NCBI GenBank assembly: GCA_029974315.1
Contig: JARKSE010000128.1
Span: 85 to 64,084 of the forward strand
From: Paludibacteraceae bacterium
Lineage (GTDB): Bacteria > Bacteroidota > Bacteroidia > Bacteroidales > Paludibacteraceae
Length of the DNA: 64,000 nucleotides
Direction of reading: 5' to 3'
The notes below the pieces were generated by a model that worked only from the letters and a program-made list of their open reading frames with translations, was not told the DNA's origin and did not search any database. Both the position numbers and the translations under genes were made by a program. Shown here in pieces: positions 1 to 10,622 of this stretch; within the stretch, counting starts at the first letter, position 1, and each line of letters begins with the position of its first letter.

Positions 1-998
1 ATCGACCATTTCAACCACACAGAGCCCCATGCAAAACCAGCTCCAAAAGACGAAAAGATCAAATTGTCACCCTTTTTAAATTTAGATTGATTATCCCAAA
101 TTAAAATTGGAATTGTAGCCGACGATGTATTACCATACTTGTCGATGTTAACCAACACTTTAGTATCTTTATCTTTGTCAATACCCATGCGGTTAGCCAC
201 TGCATCGATAATACGCAAATTAGCTTGATGAGGCAAGAGGTAAGCAATATCTTCTGGTTGTAGATTGTTACGCTCCATTATTTCAGCTGAAACATCAGCC
301 ATTTTAGTCACTGCCCATTTGAATACATTTTTACCGTCTTGGTAAATGTAATGTTGACGATTAGCCACAGTTTCATGCGTTGCTGGATGTAATGAACCAC
401 CAGCGTACATATACAAAAACTCTTTACCTACACCATCAGTACGCAAAATAGCATCTTGTAAACCTGTACCGTCAGTACGACCTTCGAGCAACACTGCACC
501 AGCACCATCACCAAATAGTGGACATGTATTACGGTCTGTGTAGTCCGTTATTGATGACATTTTTTCACCACTTACAATGAGTGCTTTTTTACAAAAACCA
601 CTTTCAATATATAATGAAGCTGTTTTTAAAGCATGTATAAAACCAGCACAAGCTGCATTCATATCAAAAGTCATGGCATCCACTATTCCACACTCACCAG
701 CAATAATTGATGCGCTGGACGGGAAAACCATATCAGGAGTTACAGTAGAACAAATAATTGCCCCAATTTCGCTAGGGTCAACGTTGTTTTTTTCTAATAA
801 TGCTTTTACAGCTTTAACAGCCATAAACGTCATCCCGTGTTCGCCTTTCAAAATACGACGCTCACGAATACCAACACGCGACATAATCCACTCATCGGAA
901 GTGTCGACCATGGTACTCAATTCTTCGTTCGTAAGAATATAGTCTGGGACATAGGCCTCTATAGCGGTGATAGCTGCCCTTAATTTAGGTGTTTCCAT
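1..998 (-). CDS. fabH: 3-oxoacyl-ACP synthase III (KAS III), 3' end cut by window edge
   Basis: Absent from the ORF track because it runs off the window. Reverse translation from the ATG (complement of 996-998) reads [50 protein letters not shown]. At the window edge it reads [15 protein letters not shown], a typical FabH C-terminus. Confidence 0.85.
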   Translation of the reverse strand, partial: METPKLRAAITAIEAYVPDYILTNEELSTMVDTSDEWIMSRVGIRERRILKGEHGMTFMAVKAVKALLEKNNVDPSEIGAIICSTVTPDMVFPSSASIIAGECGIVDAMTFDMNAACAGFIHALKTASLYIESGFCKKALIVSGEKMSSITDYTDRNTCPLFGDGAGAVLLEGRTDGTGLQDAILRTDGVGKEFLYMYAGGSLHPATHETVANRQHYIYQDGKNVFKWAVTKMADVSAEIMERNNLQPEDIAYLLPHQANLRIIDAVANRMGIDKDKDTKVLVNIDKYGNTSSATIPILIWDNQSKFKKGDNLIFSSFGAGFAWGSVWLKWS

Positions 999-1042
999 TC
1001 AATAATTTTTTTTAACGAGTACTCATAAACACAAGTATTCGC

Positions 1043-1070
1043 TTGTTTTGGTTATTTTGTTTTGGTTATT
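1043..1070. repeat. perfect tandem direct repeat, 14 bp x2 (ttgttttggttatt), in the presumed fabH 5' leader
   Basis: Read directly: 1043-1056 is identical to 1057-1070. It lies between the candidate promoter at 1116-1123 and the fabH ATG at 998. Confidence 0.9.
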
Positions 1071-1115
1071 ATATTCTTCAACTTATTGTTGAAAACTTCC
1101 ATTCTATCTTGGGCA

Positions 1116-1123
1116 CAAAGGTA
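1116..1123 (-). promoter_or_regulatory. Bacteroidota -7 promoter motif TACCTTTG (fabH)
   Basis: The reverse complement of caaaggta matches the TAnnTTTG consensus. It lies about 118 nt upstream of the fabH ATG. Confidence 0.4.
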
Positions 1124-1216
1124 GTCATTTTGTTTAAAACACCACTACTTTAACACTATTTTTAACGATTTTTACTATTATAAAAACAAATAACCCTCTG
1201 AAAAACAAATTATTGT

Positions 1217-3697
1217 CTATTTTTGAATTTCAAGTATTAAATCCTCTTTTTCTGGATTTAATCCAACTCGTACCACATCGCCTGCTTTAATTTCATTAGC
1301 CAATAATTTTTCCGACAAATTATCTTCTAAATATTGTTGAATAGCTCGTTTTAAAGGACGAGCACCAAATTGAATATCGTAACCTTTTTCAGCTATAAAT
1401 TGTTTTGCCTCCTCAGACAAATCGATGGTAAACCCTATATTACCAATGCGTTTATACAATTTAGCCAATTCTAAATCGATGATTTTAAAAATAGACTCTT
1501 GATTCAACTGATCAAAAATAATCACATCGTCCACACGATTCAAAAATTCAGGTGAAAATGCCTTCGATAACGCTTTCTTTATCACGCCATGCGCATATTC
1601 ATTATCTACCTTGTCGGTTGGCAACGAGAAGCCAACACCCTGCCCAAAATCTTTGAGCTGACGCGTACCAATATTAGAGGTCATAATGATCACTGTATTT
1701 TTAAAGTCGATTTTACGACCTAAACTATCAGTCAATCGACCTTCGTCAAGCACTTGTAGCAAGATGTTGAACACATCAGGATGCGCTTTTTCTATTTCGT
1801 CTAACAACAGGATTGAATAGGGTTTACGACGTACTTTTTCGGTAAGCTGACCGCCCTCCTCATAGCCGACATAGCCCGGAGGTGCACCAATCAAACGTGA
1901 CACACTGAATTTTTCCATAAACTCGCTCATATCGACACGAATAATAGCATCAGCTGTACCAAACATGAATTCGGCTAAACGCTTGGCCAAGTGTGTTTTA
2001 CCAACGCCTGTAGGACCTAAAAATATAAACGTACCAATCGGCTTGTTGGGGTCTTTTAATCCCACACGATTGCGCTGAATCGACTTAACTACTTTACTGA
2101 CAGCATCATCTTGCCCTATCACCTCTTGTTGCAAGGTTTCTTTCATCTGCAACAAGCGTAATCCTTCTGCTTGTGCAATTCGTTGTACAGGAATACCAGA
2201 CATGAGCGAAACTGTGTGCGCCATATCTTCAGCAGTTACCGTAACACGATTGGTTTTCGATTGTTCTAACCACGCTTGTTTTGCAGTTTCTAATTCTACA
2301 GACAACTGCCGAATTTGATCGCGAGCATTAGCTGCCAACTCATAATTTTGTTGTTTTACAAAAGCGTTTTTTTCGGCATTAAGCGTTTCTATACGTTTTT
2401 CAAGTTCTTCCACTTCAGCAGGCACACTCAAATTGAGCATGTGTATGCGTGATCCCACTTCATCGAGCGCATCAATAGCTTTATCAGGGAAAGCACGATC
2501 GGTAATATAGCGTTCGGTCAATTCTACACAAGCGAGCAAAGCTTCGGGCGTGTAAATCACTTGATGATGATCCTCGTATCTGAATTTGATATTTTCAAGA
2601 ATTTGTAACGTTTCTGCCTTTATTGTAGGTTCTACCATAATTTTTTGAAAACGACGTTCCAAAGCACCGTCTTTTTCAATACTTTGACGATATTCATTCA
2701 ATGTAGTAGCACCCACACATTGAATTTCACCACGTGCCAAAGCTGGTTTCAACATATTGGCAGCATCTAATGAACCAGCAGCCCCACCGGCACCAACAAT
2801 GGTGTGAATTTCGTCAATAAACAGAATAACATTGGGATTTTTTTCAAGTTCGTTAAGAATCGCTTTCATACGTTCTTCAAACTGTCCACGGTATTTAGTA
2901 CCCGCCACAATAGAAGCCATATCCAACGCTACAACGCGCTTATCAAACAAAACACGTGATACCTTACGCTGTACAATACGCAAAGCCAAACCTTCTGCTA
3001 TTGCCGATTTTCCTACGCCGGGTTCGCCTATGAGTACCGGGTTGTTTTTCTTACGACGAGCTAAAATTTGCACCACACGCTCTATCTCTTTTTCACGACC
3101 AACAATAGGATCTAACTTATTCTCGAGAGCTGCCTTAGTAATATCTTTTCCAAAATTATCAAGTACAGGCGTATCGCTACTCTCTTTCGATTGTACTTTG
3201 GCTGTTGATGTAACAGGTTTTTCATCATCTAAATCATCTTCGTCGCTAAACACAGAACCCATACGAACATCGGTACGTTCAACTACTTTTTTACGCACTA
3301 AATCGTATGAAACGCCTTGTGCTAATAAACTATCTGATGCTACACCTGTTCTGTTTTTAAGAATAGATAAAAGTAAATGTTCTGTATCTGCAATTTTTTC
3401 ATTCAATGAACGTGCTTCCAAATGCACTAGCTTAAGAATGCGCTCAGCCTCATCTGACAATGCTAACGAAGCATCAGTGGTGATATTTTCTAATCGAATT
3501 TCTTTTTCAATAGATTTTTTAAGTTGTTTAAAATCAACTTCTAATAATTGTAACAAAGCCACAGCTTTAGATTCTCTTATACGCAACATGCTTAAGACTA
3601 AATGCTCGGGAGTAATTTCACGATTTCCCAAACGTTCAGCCTCTTCACGACTAAAGGTAAGTATCTGTTTAAGTTGATCTGAATAGTAATTTTCCAT
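1217..3697 (-). CDS. clpC: ATP-dependent Clp protease ATP-binding subunit (ClpC-type class I AAA+)
   Basis: 826-aa ORF with N-terminal Clp_N repeats. It has two AAA+ modules with Walker A motifs GEPGVGKSA and GPTGVGKTH, and a GVGF loop of the ClpP-docking type. Confidence 0.93.
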   Translation of the reverse strand: MENYYSDQLKQILTFSREEAERLGNREITPEHLVLSMLRIRESKAVALLQLLEVDFKQLKKSIEKEIRLENITTDASLALSDEAERILKLVHLEARSLNEKIADTEHLLLSILKNRTGVASDSLLAQGVSYDLVRKKVVERTDVRMGSVFSDEDDLDDEKPVTSTAKVQSKESSDTPVLDNFGKDITKAALENKLDPIVGREKEIERVVQILARRKKNNPVLIGEPGVGKSAIAEGLALRIVQRKVSRVLFDKRVVALDMASIVAGTKYRGQFEERMKAILNELEKNPNVILFIDEIHTIVGAGGAAGSLDAANMLKPALARGEIQCVGATTLNEYRQSIEKDGALERRFQKIMVEPTIKAETLQILENIKFRYEDHHQVIYTPEALLACVELTERYITDRAFPDKAIDALDEVGSRIHMLNLSVPAEVEELEKRIETLNAEKNAFVKQQNYELAANARDQIRQLSVELETAKQAWLEQSKTNRVTVTAEDMAHTVSLMSGIPVQRIAQAEGLRLLQMKETLQQEVIGQDDAVSKVVKSIQRNRVGLKDPNKPIGTFIFLGPTGVGKTHLAKRLAEFMFGTADAIIRVDMSEFMEKFSVSRLIGAPPGYVGYEEGGQLTEKVRRKPYSILLLDEIEKAHPDVFNILLQVLDEGRLTDSLGRKIDFKNTVIIMTSNIGTRQLKDFGQGVGFSLPTDKVDNEYAHGVIKKALSKAFSPEFLNRVDDVIIFDQLNQESIFKIIDLELAKLYKRIGNIGFTIDLSEEAKQFIAEKGYDIQFGARPLKRAIQQYLEDNLSEKLLANEIKAGDVVRVGLNPEKEDLILEIQK

Positions 3698-3708
3698 ATA
3701 ATGATTGT

Positions 3709-4356
3709 CTATTTTCCGTTAAATTTTGCCCGACGCTCTGATTCGTCACGCATATTATTCATAAACCCTTGCATACGCCATTCAACCACATTTCGATAGC
3801 GCCTTTGAGTGATAAAAATATTAAAAAACCACCCAAAACGAACATGAATGCGCATGGAGAGCATTACTTTATTGTCTGCTATTGGAGTGACAAAGAATGT
3901 GCCATAAGCTTTTTTTAAAAGCAAATTAGAATAAAATATATCGACAAAAACACGCGTACCTCCGTTCTTGAGCTTTGTTTTAGTTACTCTACTGTCTATT
4001 GAAACATCTTTATAGGTTCGAAAACCGGGAACCACAATATCTGTCAACAGGTGACTTTTCCCTGTCATTTTGTCAAAAGTCGCTAACTTTAAATCTAAAA
4101 GCACTTCATTTTTTGAGTCGTCACCTGTTTGTTTACCCAAACCTTTAAACGCCCACTCAAACAGCTGTTCCGGATTGCCTCTAAACTGATCTATTAAATC
4201 ATCAACAACCTCGTCCGCTACCGCTAAAGACGCATTAGTTTCGACACTACAATAGCTCACAAATTCTCCATCGGCATAACGTGTCGAAATAGAATCGCGT
4301 CCAAATAGATTAAACACAAACAAGCACGTAAATAATATCAGTAAAATACGTTTCAT
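3709..4356 (-). CDS. hypothetical secreted protein (signal peptide, no recognised domain)
   Basis: 215-aa ORF with a hydrophobic N-terminus, MKRILLILFTCLFVFNLFG. It ends 11 nt upstream of clpC on the same strand. Confidence 0.6.
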   Translation of the reverse strand: MKRILLILFTCLFVFNLFGRDSISTRYADGEFVSYCSVETNASLAVADEVVDDLIDQFRGNPEQLFEWAFKGLGKQTGDDSKNEVLLDLKLATFDKMTGKSHLLTDIVVPGFRTYKDVSIDSRVTKTKLKNGGTRVFVDIFYSNLLLKKAYGTFFVTPIADNKVMLSMRIHVRFGWFFNIFITQRRYRNVVEWRMQGFMNNMRDESERRAKFNGK

Positions 4357-4417
4357 GCTTATATAAGAAAAAGGCCACCAAGATGACCTTTTTATCTCAT
4401 TTTATGTTAATTGTACA

Positions 4418-5788
4418 TTAAAAACCACTATAAATAACTTTGAGACGCATCGGTGATTCTGTATTAGTGCCACTACGCAAAGTTACTGCCCCCATTTTGC
4501 GCAAAGGTTTTATACTTGTAATAGCACCTGAACTATTGAGTGATACAGAACTTGGTACTAGGAGTAATTCAAGTGTTTCATCTGTTTTGTCCTTCGTATA
4601 ATGAGGCGGGATTTCGCTATTCAAGAAGTACGATAAATCAAATACATAACTTTTTGTTTTGCTATTATACATTCCCAAAACAGCTACAGAATCAGACATT
4701 TGTAACAGATGATTTTTTGTTACAAAATCATCTATTTTTGAGCCACGAATCAATGTCATATATTCTGGAATTGGCATAGCCAAATCACCTGTTTGTAATT
4801 CCGTGGCTTCTACTACCAACATGGCACTATTTACACTAAATAATCGGTTACCAATTTCACCACGTACTTTGGTACGGATTTGACCAATAGGTAACGTTAC
4901 ACGCGGAAACATACCCGCAGGAGATTTTACATACACTACCGAATCAGAGATTTCGGAAGCAGACACCTCCGTATTAGAAAATTTATTTAGTTGCCGTACC
5001 TCTTTATTGGCAGGATAAACCACAGAAGTATTTACAATAGTATCTTTACCATTCTTTTTGTAAGTATAATGATAGAAGAGTTTTAAATCGATCTGATTGA
5101 AATACAATACTGTAGAAGCGCCATATTTAGTGGTAATATACATACCTTTGAAGTGTTGAGCAAATTGATCTTGCGATGTATACGCAGAATGCGGAATATT
5201 AAAGAAACGATCTAATTGCTCTTTCGAAAATTTATAACGCACAACAGGATAATAGTTTTCAGCCTCTAGAATAGAATCAGACAATGTTTGATCTACCGAA
5301 GTCACCATTCGTTTTCCCATTAATATGGATTGATCCGTAAAATCAGACACATTCAAATCAGACAAGTAAGTTTTATCATACTGTAAAGACTGCTTATTCA
5401 ACTCATAAATGCTCAACTCAAGTGGCGAAGTTTTTGATCCAAACCATTTATTATAGTACATATACAACACCAAGGAGTCTGGAGTTGGATTAAGAGAATC
5501 GGGTGCGAACTTATAACCAACAGGAGGCGAGAGTTGAATAAATAATTCAGCTTTAGTAGAACCATATTTCGCATCATAAAATTCACCTAACGCCATACTC
5601 GATGTATCACATTGAGCCGAAATCGGAATAGCAGGTCCATTTTGAGTTTGCACCGGAAATGTATCCAAACGAAGGAGTATTTTATCGCCTTCGGGCTGTA
5701 GTAGCAATCCCAACTGTTCTGTATCATTACAAGCAGATACCAACACCACCAGTACTACAAAAAGCACTAGTTTATAAGCCCTTTTCAT
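4418..5788 (-). CDS. DUF4270-type lipoprotein
   Basis: 456-aa ORF with a lipoprotein signal and lipobox (LVSAC). Its size and its position directly downstream of the short GT5 protein recall the conserved Bacteroidota DUF4270 arrangement. The family call is from memory, not a search. Confidence 0.65.
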   Translation of the reverse strand: MKRAYKLVLFVVLVVLVSACNDTEQLGLLLQPEGDKILLRLDTFPVQTQNGPAIPISAQCDTSSMALGEFYDAKYGSTKAELFIQLSPPVGYKFAPDSLNPTPDSLVLYMYYNKWFGSKTSPLELSIYELNKQSLQYDKTYLSDLNVSDFTDQSILMGKRMVTSVDQTLSDSILEAENYYPVVRYKFSKEQLDRFFNIPHSAYTSQDQFAQHFKGMYITTKYGASTVLYFNQIDLKLFYHYTYKKNGKDTIVNTSVVYPANKEVRQLNKFSNTEVSASEISDSVVYVKSPAGMFPRVTLPIGQIRTKVRGEIGNRLFSVNSAMLVVEATELQTGDLAMPIPEYMTLIRGSKIDDFVTKNHLLQMSDSVAVLGMYNSKTKSYVFDLSYFLNSEIPPHYTKDKTDETLELLLVPSSVSLNSSGAITSIKPLRKMGAVTLRSGTNTESPMRLKVIYSGF

Positions 5789-5806
5789 AAAATAATAGGA
5801 TTTATG

Positions 5807-6634
5807 TTATTTATTTTCGCCAAATTCAGGAAATAAAGATGAGTATAGTTCAGTATAGTTCTCCTTATAATCTTCGCTATATGGAGCGAATTTGACACCT
5901 TTTTGACGGGCATACTTCTCCAATTCTGGATTTATTTGAGGACTTGCAGCCACCACCGCATCTGAAAAATCAATAGCTAATTTTGAAAGGTCAACAAAGT
6001 CAACATCTTCTTTATCAACCGACTTCATATCTTCTAACGACACGCCTTCGGTCAACGCTTTATGCGCAAATCTATCACGAAACGTACTATTAAAACCATC
6101 ATCATAAATTGAATATACAATTTTAGCTTTGCTAAAAAACGGATCTTCGTTATAAGCTCGTTTAATGTAAAGAGGAGCCAATGCACTCATCCAACCATGA
6201 CAATGAATGATATTAGGTGTCCAACGCAACTTTTTAATTGTTTCTAACACGCCACGAGCATAAAACACAGCACGAGCATCATTATCTTCATATTCATTAT
6301 CATTTTCATCCGCAGCTACACCATGACGATTGAAATAATCTTCATTGTCAATAAAATAGACCTGCATACGCGCCGACTGAATTGACGCAACTTTTATAAT
6401 CAGAGGATGATCACTATCCTTAATAATCAAATTCATACCAGACAAACGCTGAACTTCATGCAATTGATTACGACGCTCATTAATTTGTCCATAACAAGGC
6501 ATAAAAAGACGTATTTCACACCCTTGTTCTTGTACATACTGAGGCAACTCGCGACAAACTGTTGCCATTTCATTTTCCGGTAAATAAGGTGTAATTTCTT
6601 GTGTAATAAATAAAACTTTCAAAGGCTCTTTCAT
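5807..6634 (-). CDS. short glycogen/starch-synthase-like protein (GT5 N-terminal half only)
   Basis: 275-aa ORF. KVLFITQEITPY and HCHGWMSALAP resemble the GlgA N-terminal Rossmann half. No C-terminal nucleotide-sugar-binding half is encoded. Confidence 0.75.
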   Translation of the reverse strand: MKEPLKVLFITQEITPYLPENEMATVCRELPQYVQEQGCEIRLFMPCYGQINERRNQLHEVQRLSGMNLIIKDSDHPLIIKVASIQSARMQVYFIDNEDYFNRHGVAADENDNEYEDNDARAVFYARGVLETIKKLRWTPNIIHCHGWMSALAPLYIKRAYNEDPFFSKAKIVYSIYDDGFNSTFRDRFAHKALTEGVSLEDMKSVDKEDVDFVDLSKLAIDFSDAVVAASPQINPELEKYARQKGVKFAPYSEDYKENYTELYSSLFPEFGENK

Positions 6635-6663
6635 GCTTTCTTTTCAAATTTAAAATGATTATG

Positions 6664-6671
6664 CAAAGATA
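6664..6671 (-). promoter_or_regulatory. -7 promoter motif TATCTTTG (GT5-like operon)
   Basis: Perfect TAnnTTTG match on the minus strand, 30 nt upstream of the ATG at 6634. Confidence 0.5.
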
Positions 6672-6836
6672 TAAAAAAAAAAGCAGAAATAAGCAAGTTT
6701 TTCTTACAAAAATACAGCGTTATTAATCTAAAAACCTCACTACAAAGCTTTTAATGAATTTAAATTGGATTGTATTAAAATAGTAAAATATTCACATTTT
6801 CAGCCTAATAGATTTGATGGTTAACTAAAAATGTAT

Positions 6837-6844
6837 TATTTTTG
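6837..6844 (+). promoter_or_regulatory. -7 promoter motif TATTTTTG (ftsX operon)
   Basis: Perfect TAnnTTTG match, 60 nt upstream of the ftsX ATG. Confidence 0.4.
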
Positions 6845-6903
6845 CCAAACTTTTTCAAATTGGGGTTTTTGCACTCTATTGTGAACTTAGAATACAACTA
6901 ATT

Positions 6904-7785
6904 ATGGCTTACAACAGTCCGAAACAACGTAAAGATTCCTTCTTTAATTTACACTTTACGTCTATTATCAGCATCTCACTAGTACTTTTCATGGTTGGTT
7001 TAATTACTTTTCTTTTTTTACTAACTAAAGAAATTACCACTTTTACCAAAGAACACATTACCCTATCCATCGTTCTAAAAGAAAGTACGTCGGAAAATGA
7101 TATAACCAGACTTCAAAACTACTTGACGGCTACCGAGTTTACAAAACGCCATGAATATATCAGCAAAGAGGCTGCACTTGCCGAACACGTAAAAGGTTTG
7201 GGCGAAGACCCTACAGAGCTGCTAGGTTTCAATCCACTACGAGCCTCTATCGAAGTGTATCTAAACGCCGAATATGCACAAACTGACAGCATCGCACAAA
7301 TAGAGAAAAAACTCCAAGTTTTTAACAGTGTTGAAGAGGTTATCTATCAAAAAGATATGATTCAAATGCTCAATGAAAATGTGAGTAGAGTTTCTATTGT
7401 TTTAAGCAGTATTGCCATTATCTTACTATTCATCTCAATAGTACTTATTAACAATACAATTCGCATTTCAGTCTATTCAAAACGCTTCATTATCAACACG
7501 ATGAAATTGGTCGGCGCTCGAGCGCTATTCATTCGTCGCCCATTTTTACGTCGTTCGTTAATCAACAGTATTATTGCTGCCTTAGTTGCATTAGTGCTTT
7601 TAGGTGGAGCTGTGTGGTATGTACAATCAGAAATTGGTGACGCCATGAATTTATACCAATGGCATATTATTTTACCCGTTTCAGTTGTAGTTATTACGTT
7701 TAGCTTTTGTATTACAATGCTCTCTACACTCTTCGGTGTAAATCGTTACTTGCGCATGAAAACAGATGATTTATATTATATTTAA
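6904..7785 (+). CDS. ftsX: cell division protein FtsX-like permease
   Basis: 293-aa ORF. One N-terminal TM segment, a periplasmic loop, then three C-terminal TM segments, which is the FtsX topology. The context ftsX-DUF3098-uppP is typical of Bacteroidota. Confidence 0.85.
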   Translation: MAYNSPKQRKDSFFNLHFTSIISISLVLFMVGLITFLFLLTKEITTFTKEHITLSIVLKESTSENDITRLQNYLTATEFTKRHEYISKEAALAEHVKGLGEDPTELLGFNPLRASIEVYLNAEYAQTDSIAQIEKKLQVFNSVEEVIYQKDMIQMLNENVSRVSIVLSSIAIILLFISIVLINNTIRISVYSKRFIINTMKLVGARALFIRRPFLRRSLINSIIAALVALVLLGGAVWYVQSEIGDAMNLYQWHIILPVSVVVITFSFCITMLSTLFGVNRYLRMKTDDLYYI

Positions 7786-7794
7786 TCACATACA

Positions 7795-8022
7795 ATGGAA
7801 AATTTCGCATTCAAAAAAATCAATTTTATTCTAATGGCAGTTGCGCTTGTGCTGATTGTTGTTGGATTTTTACTCATGCATGGTTCTGCTACTACGTTAG
7901 AATTTAATCCTGATATTTTTAGCTTTCGCCGTATTACTTTAGCACCTGTTGTGAGTATGAGCGGTTTTATTTTGATGATTGTTGCCATCTTATGGAAATC
8001 AAAAAAAGAAGATAAATCATGA
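7795..8022 (+). CDS. DUF3098-type small two-TM membrane protein
   Basis: 75-aa ORF with two hydrophobic helices. It overlaps the uppP start by 4 nt and sits in the conserved position between ftsX and uppP. Confidence 0.7.
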   Translation: MENFAFKKINFILMAVALVLIVVGFLLMHGSATTLEFNPDIFSFRRITLAPVVSMSGFILMIVAILWKSKKEDKS

Positions 8023-8816
8023 GTTGGTTAGAAGGACTGTTTTTAGGAATTTTACAGGGATTAACAGAATTTTTGCCTGTAAGCAGCAGTGGACACCTCG
8101 AAATTGCACAAGCATTATTAAGAAATACGGGAAGCGAGAATCTTACCTTCGCCATTATGGTACACGCAGCCACAGTATTAAGTACCTTAGTTGTTTTATG
8201 GTCTGAAGTATCACAACTTTTTAAAGGTACCTTTACCACAACTGCTTGGAATAAAGAAAAAACATACGTGGCAAAAATATTCGTCTCCATGATTCCCGTA
8301 TTCGTGATTGGTATATTTTTCAAAGAGCAAGTAGAATATTTTTTTGGTAATGGCTTGTTAATAATTGGTGCTGGACTAGTTGTAACTGCTGGATTACTTA
8401 CATTTGCCTATTTTGCAAAACCACGCCAAAAAGAAGAGATTTCCTATCGTGATGCCTTTATCATAGGATTAGCTCAGGCAGTAGCTGTAATACCCGGCTT
8501 GTCACGTTCTGGTTCTACCATTGCCACAGGTATTATACTGGGTAATAAAAAGGAACAAGTGGCTAAGTTTTCATTTCTTATGGTGCTTATTCCAATTTTA
8601 GGAGAGGCTTTATTAGAACTCATTGACATGTTGGGCACTAACGCAGAAATAGGAATTTCTTTTGGAGCACTTTTTGCTGGGTTTTTAGGGGCTTTCTTGA
8701 CAGGTTGTATAGCGTGTAAGTTTATGATTAACTTGGTAAAAAATGGCAAGTTGATCTATTTTGCTATATATTGCGCTATTGTCGGTACCGCAACTATTGT
8801 ATTTTCATTGATTTAA
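8019..8816 (+). CDS. uppP: undecaprenyl-diphosphate phosphatase
   Basis: 265-aa polytopic ORF with the BacA/UppP signatures [18 protein letters not shown] and [10 protein letters not shown]. Confidence 0.93.
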   Translation: MSWLEGLFLGILQGLTEFLPVSSSGHLEIAQALLRNTGSENLTFAIMVHAATVLSTLVVLWSEVSQLFKGTFTTTAWNKEKTYVAKIFVSMIPVFVIGIFFKEQVEYFFGNGLLIIGAGLVVTAGLLTFAYFAKPRQKEEISYRDAFIIGLAQAVAVIPGLSRSGSTIATGIILGNKKEQVAKFSFLMVLIPILGEALLELIDMLGTNAEIGISFGALFAGFLGAFLTGCIACKFMINLVKNGKLIYFAIYCAIVGTATIVFSLI

Positions 8817-8817
8817 A

Positions 8818-9504
8818 ATGGATTTTGAAGCTGGGGAAATACTATACGTAAAAAAACCGTTACACTGGACATCTTTCGATGTAGTCAATCGCATACGCCG
8901 AGTTTTATGTCGCCAGTTAGATAAAAAAAAGCTAAAAGTAGGACATGCGGGCACTTTAGATCCTCTTGCTTCGGGAGTAATGATTGTATGCACAGGCAAA
9001 GCCACCAAGCAAATCGAATCCTTACAAGAAGGTGTGAAAGAATACATAGCAACTTTGGAGTTAGGAGCTACCACACCGTCGTTTGATTTAGAACATCCCA
9101 TTGATGAGCGTTACCCGACGGCACACATTACGCGAGATTTGGTAGATGAAAAATTAGCTGCTTTTAGAGGTGAAATTTGGCAAGTACCACCAATCTACTC
9201 CGCAGTAAAAGTTGATGGAAAACGTGCTTTTGATTATGCTCGTAAAGGTAAAGAGGTGGAACTCAAGCCCAAATTATTGGTCATTGACGAATTGGAAGTT
9301 TTACGCTTCGAATTACCCGTATTACAACTACGTGTTGTTTGTAGCAAAGGCACATACATTAGAGCTTTAGCACGTGATATTGGTATTGCACTTGGAAGTG
9401 GAGCACATTTAACTGTTCTGGATCGTACACGCGTAGGCAATGTTACATTAGAACAGTGTTGGGAAATTGAGGATTTATTAGAAAAAATTAAACAAATAAC
9501 ATAA
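8818..9504 (+). CDS. truB: tRNA pseudouridine(55) synthase
   Basis: 228-aa ORF with the catalytic-Asp motif [13 protein letters not shown] and the TruB core. Confidence 0.93.
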   Translation: MDFEAGEILYVKKPLHWTSFDVVNRIRRVLCRQLDKKKLKVGHAGTLDPLASGVMIVCTGKATKQIESLQEGVKEYIATLELGATTPSFDLEHPIDERYPTAHITRDLVDEKLAAFRGEIWQVPPIYSAVKVDGKRAFDYARKGKEVELKPKLLVIDELEVLRFELPVLQLRVVCSKGTYIRALARDIGIALGSGAHLTVLDRTRVGNVTLEQCWEIEDLLEKIKQIT

Positions 9505-9518
9505 GCAAAAGGAGAGTT

Positions 9519-10574
9519 ATGAAACTATCTCAATTCAAATTCAAATTACCAGAAGAACTGATTGCACAGTATCCCGCTGAGAATCGTGATGAATCTCGTT
9601 TGATGGTTTTAAATGCAAAAACTGGTGATATTGAACACCGTGTATTTAAAGAAATACTTGGCTATTTCAATGAACATGATCTTTTTGTATTTAACGATAC
9701 ACGTGTGTTCCCTGCACACATGTTGGGAAATAAAGAAAAAACAGGTGCCCAAATCGAGGTATTTTTGCTTCGTGAGCTAAACGAAGAATTGCGTCTTTGG
9801 GACGTATTAGTAGAACCCGCACGCAAAATTCGGATTGGTAATAAACTCTATTTTGGCGAGGACGAATCGTTAGTAGCCGAAGTTATTGACAACACTACAT
9901 CACGCGGTAGAACTGTACGTTTCTTGTTTGATGGCGATCACGAAGAGTTTAAAAAAGCGTTGTACGCTCTGGGCGAAACGCCTCTCCCACGTTACATTAA
10001 ACGCTCAGCAGAACCAAATGATGCAACACGCTACCAAACCATTTTTGCACAAAATGAAGGTGCTGTTGTGGCTCCTGCTGCTGGTACACACTTTAGTCGT
10101 GAGTTGCTCAAACGTATGGAAATAAAGGGTGTAAACGCAGGGTTTGTCACTTTACATGCAAGTTTGAGTATGTTCAGAGATATCGATGTGGAAGATTTAA
10201 CTAAACATAAAATGGACTCTGAACAGGTTGTTGTTGGTGAAAAATTCACAGAACTCTTCAACAAAACCCACGAAGATGGCGGACAAATATGCGCTATTGG
10301 CACCACCGTACTACGTGCATTAGAGACAGCTTCTATGGCAAACGGTTTTATCAAACCGTATGATGGATGGACAAATAAATTTATTTTCCCACCCTACGAT
10401 TTTGCTTCAGCGGATTCTTTATTAACCAATTTCCAATTGCCGTACAGCACAATGCTTATGAATGCTGCTGCTTTTGGTGGTTATGACACAGTTATGCACG
10501 CCTACGATGTGGCTATTAAAGAGGGGTATCGTTTCGGTGTATATGGTGATGCGATGCTTATTTTAACCAAATAA
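9519..10574 (+). CDS. queA: S-adenosylmethionine:tRNA ribosyltransferase-isomerase
   Basis: 351-aa [29 protein letters not shown] and a GDAMLI end are hallmark QueA segments. Confidence 0.93.
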   Translation: MKLSQFKFKLPEELIAQYPAENRDESRLMVLNAKTGDIEHRVFKEILGYFNEHDLFVFNDTRVFPAHMLGNKEKTGAQIEVFLLRELNEELRLWDVLVEPARKIRIGNKLYFGEDESLVAEVIDNTTSRGRTVRFLFDGDHEEFKKALYALGETPLPRYIKRSAEPNDATRYQTIFAQNEGAVVAPAAGTHFSRELLKRMEIKGVNAGFVTLHASLSMFRDIDVEDLTKHKMDSEQVVVGEKFTELFNKTHEDGGQICAIGTTVLRALETASMANGFIKPYDGWTNKFIFPPYDFASADSLLTNFQLPYSTMLMNAAAFGGYDTVMHAYDVAIKEGYRFGVYGDAMLILTK

Positions 10575-10591
10575 GAAAAGCTCAAAAATAT

Positions 10592-10622
10592 AAAAAGGCT
10601 ATCGTTTAGATAGCCTTTTTTC
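10592..10622. terminator. bidirectional intrinsic terminator between queA (+) and rng (-)
   Basis: The stem aaaaaggctatc / gatagccttttt has a 5-nt loop and is flanked by an A-run and a T-run. It overlaps the rng stop codon. Confidence 0.7.

Noticed and set aside
2832-3677. 281-aa plus-strand ORF lying entirely inside clpC, antisense to it
   Set aside because: The product is Ser/Arg/Thr-rich with no recognisable motif. The opposite strand encodes an unmistakable ClpC with both Walker A sites, so this is a typical shadow ORF.
7782-8323. 68-aa and 118-aa minus-strand ORFs and a 75-aa plus-strand ORF overlapping the DUF3098 and uppP genes
   Set aside because: They are shadow or alternative frames of the well-supported uppP (SSSGHL and PGLSRSG motifs) and of the conserved DUF3098 gene.
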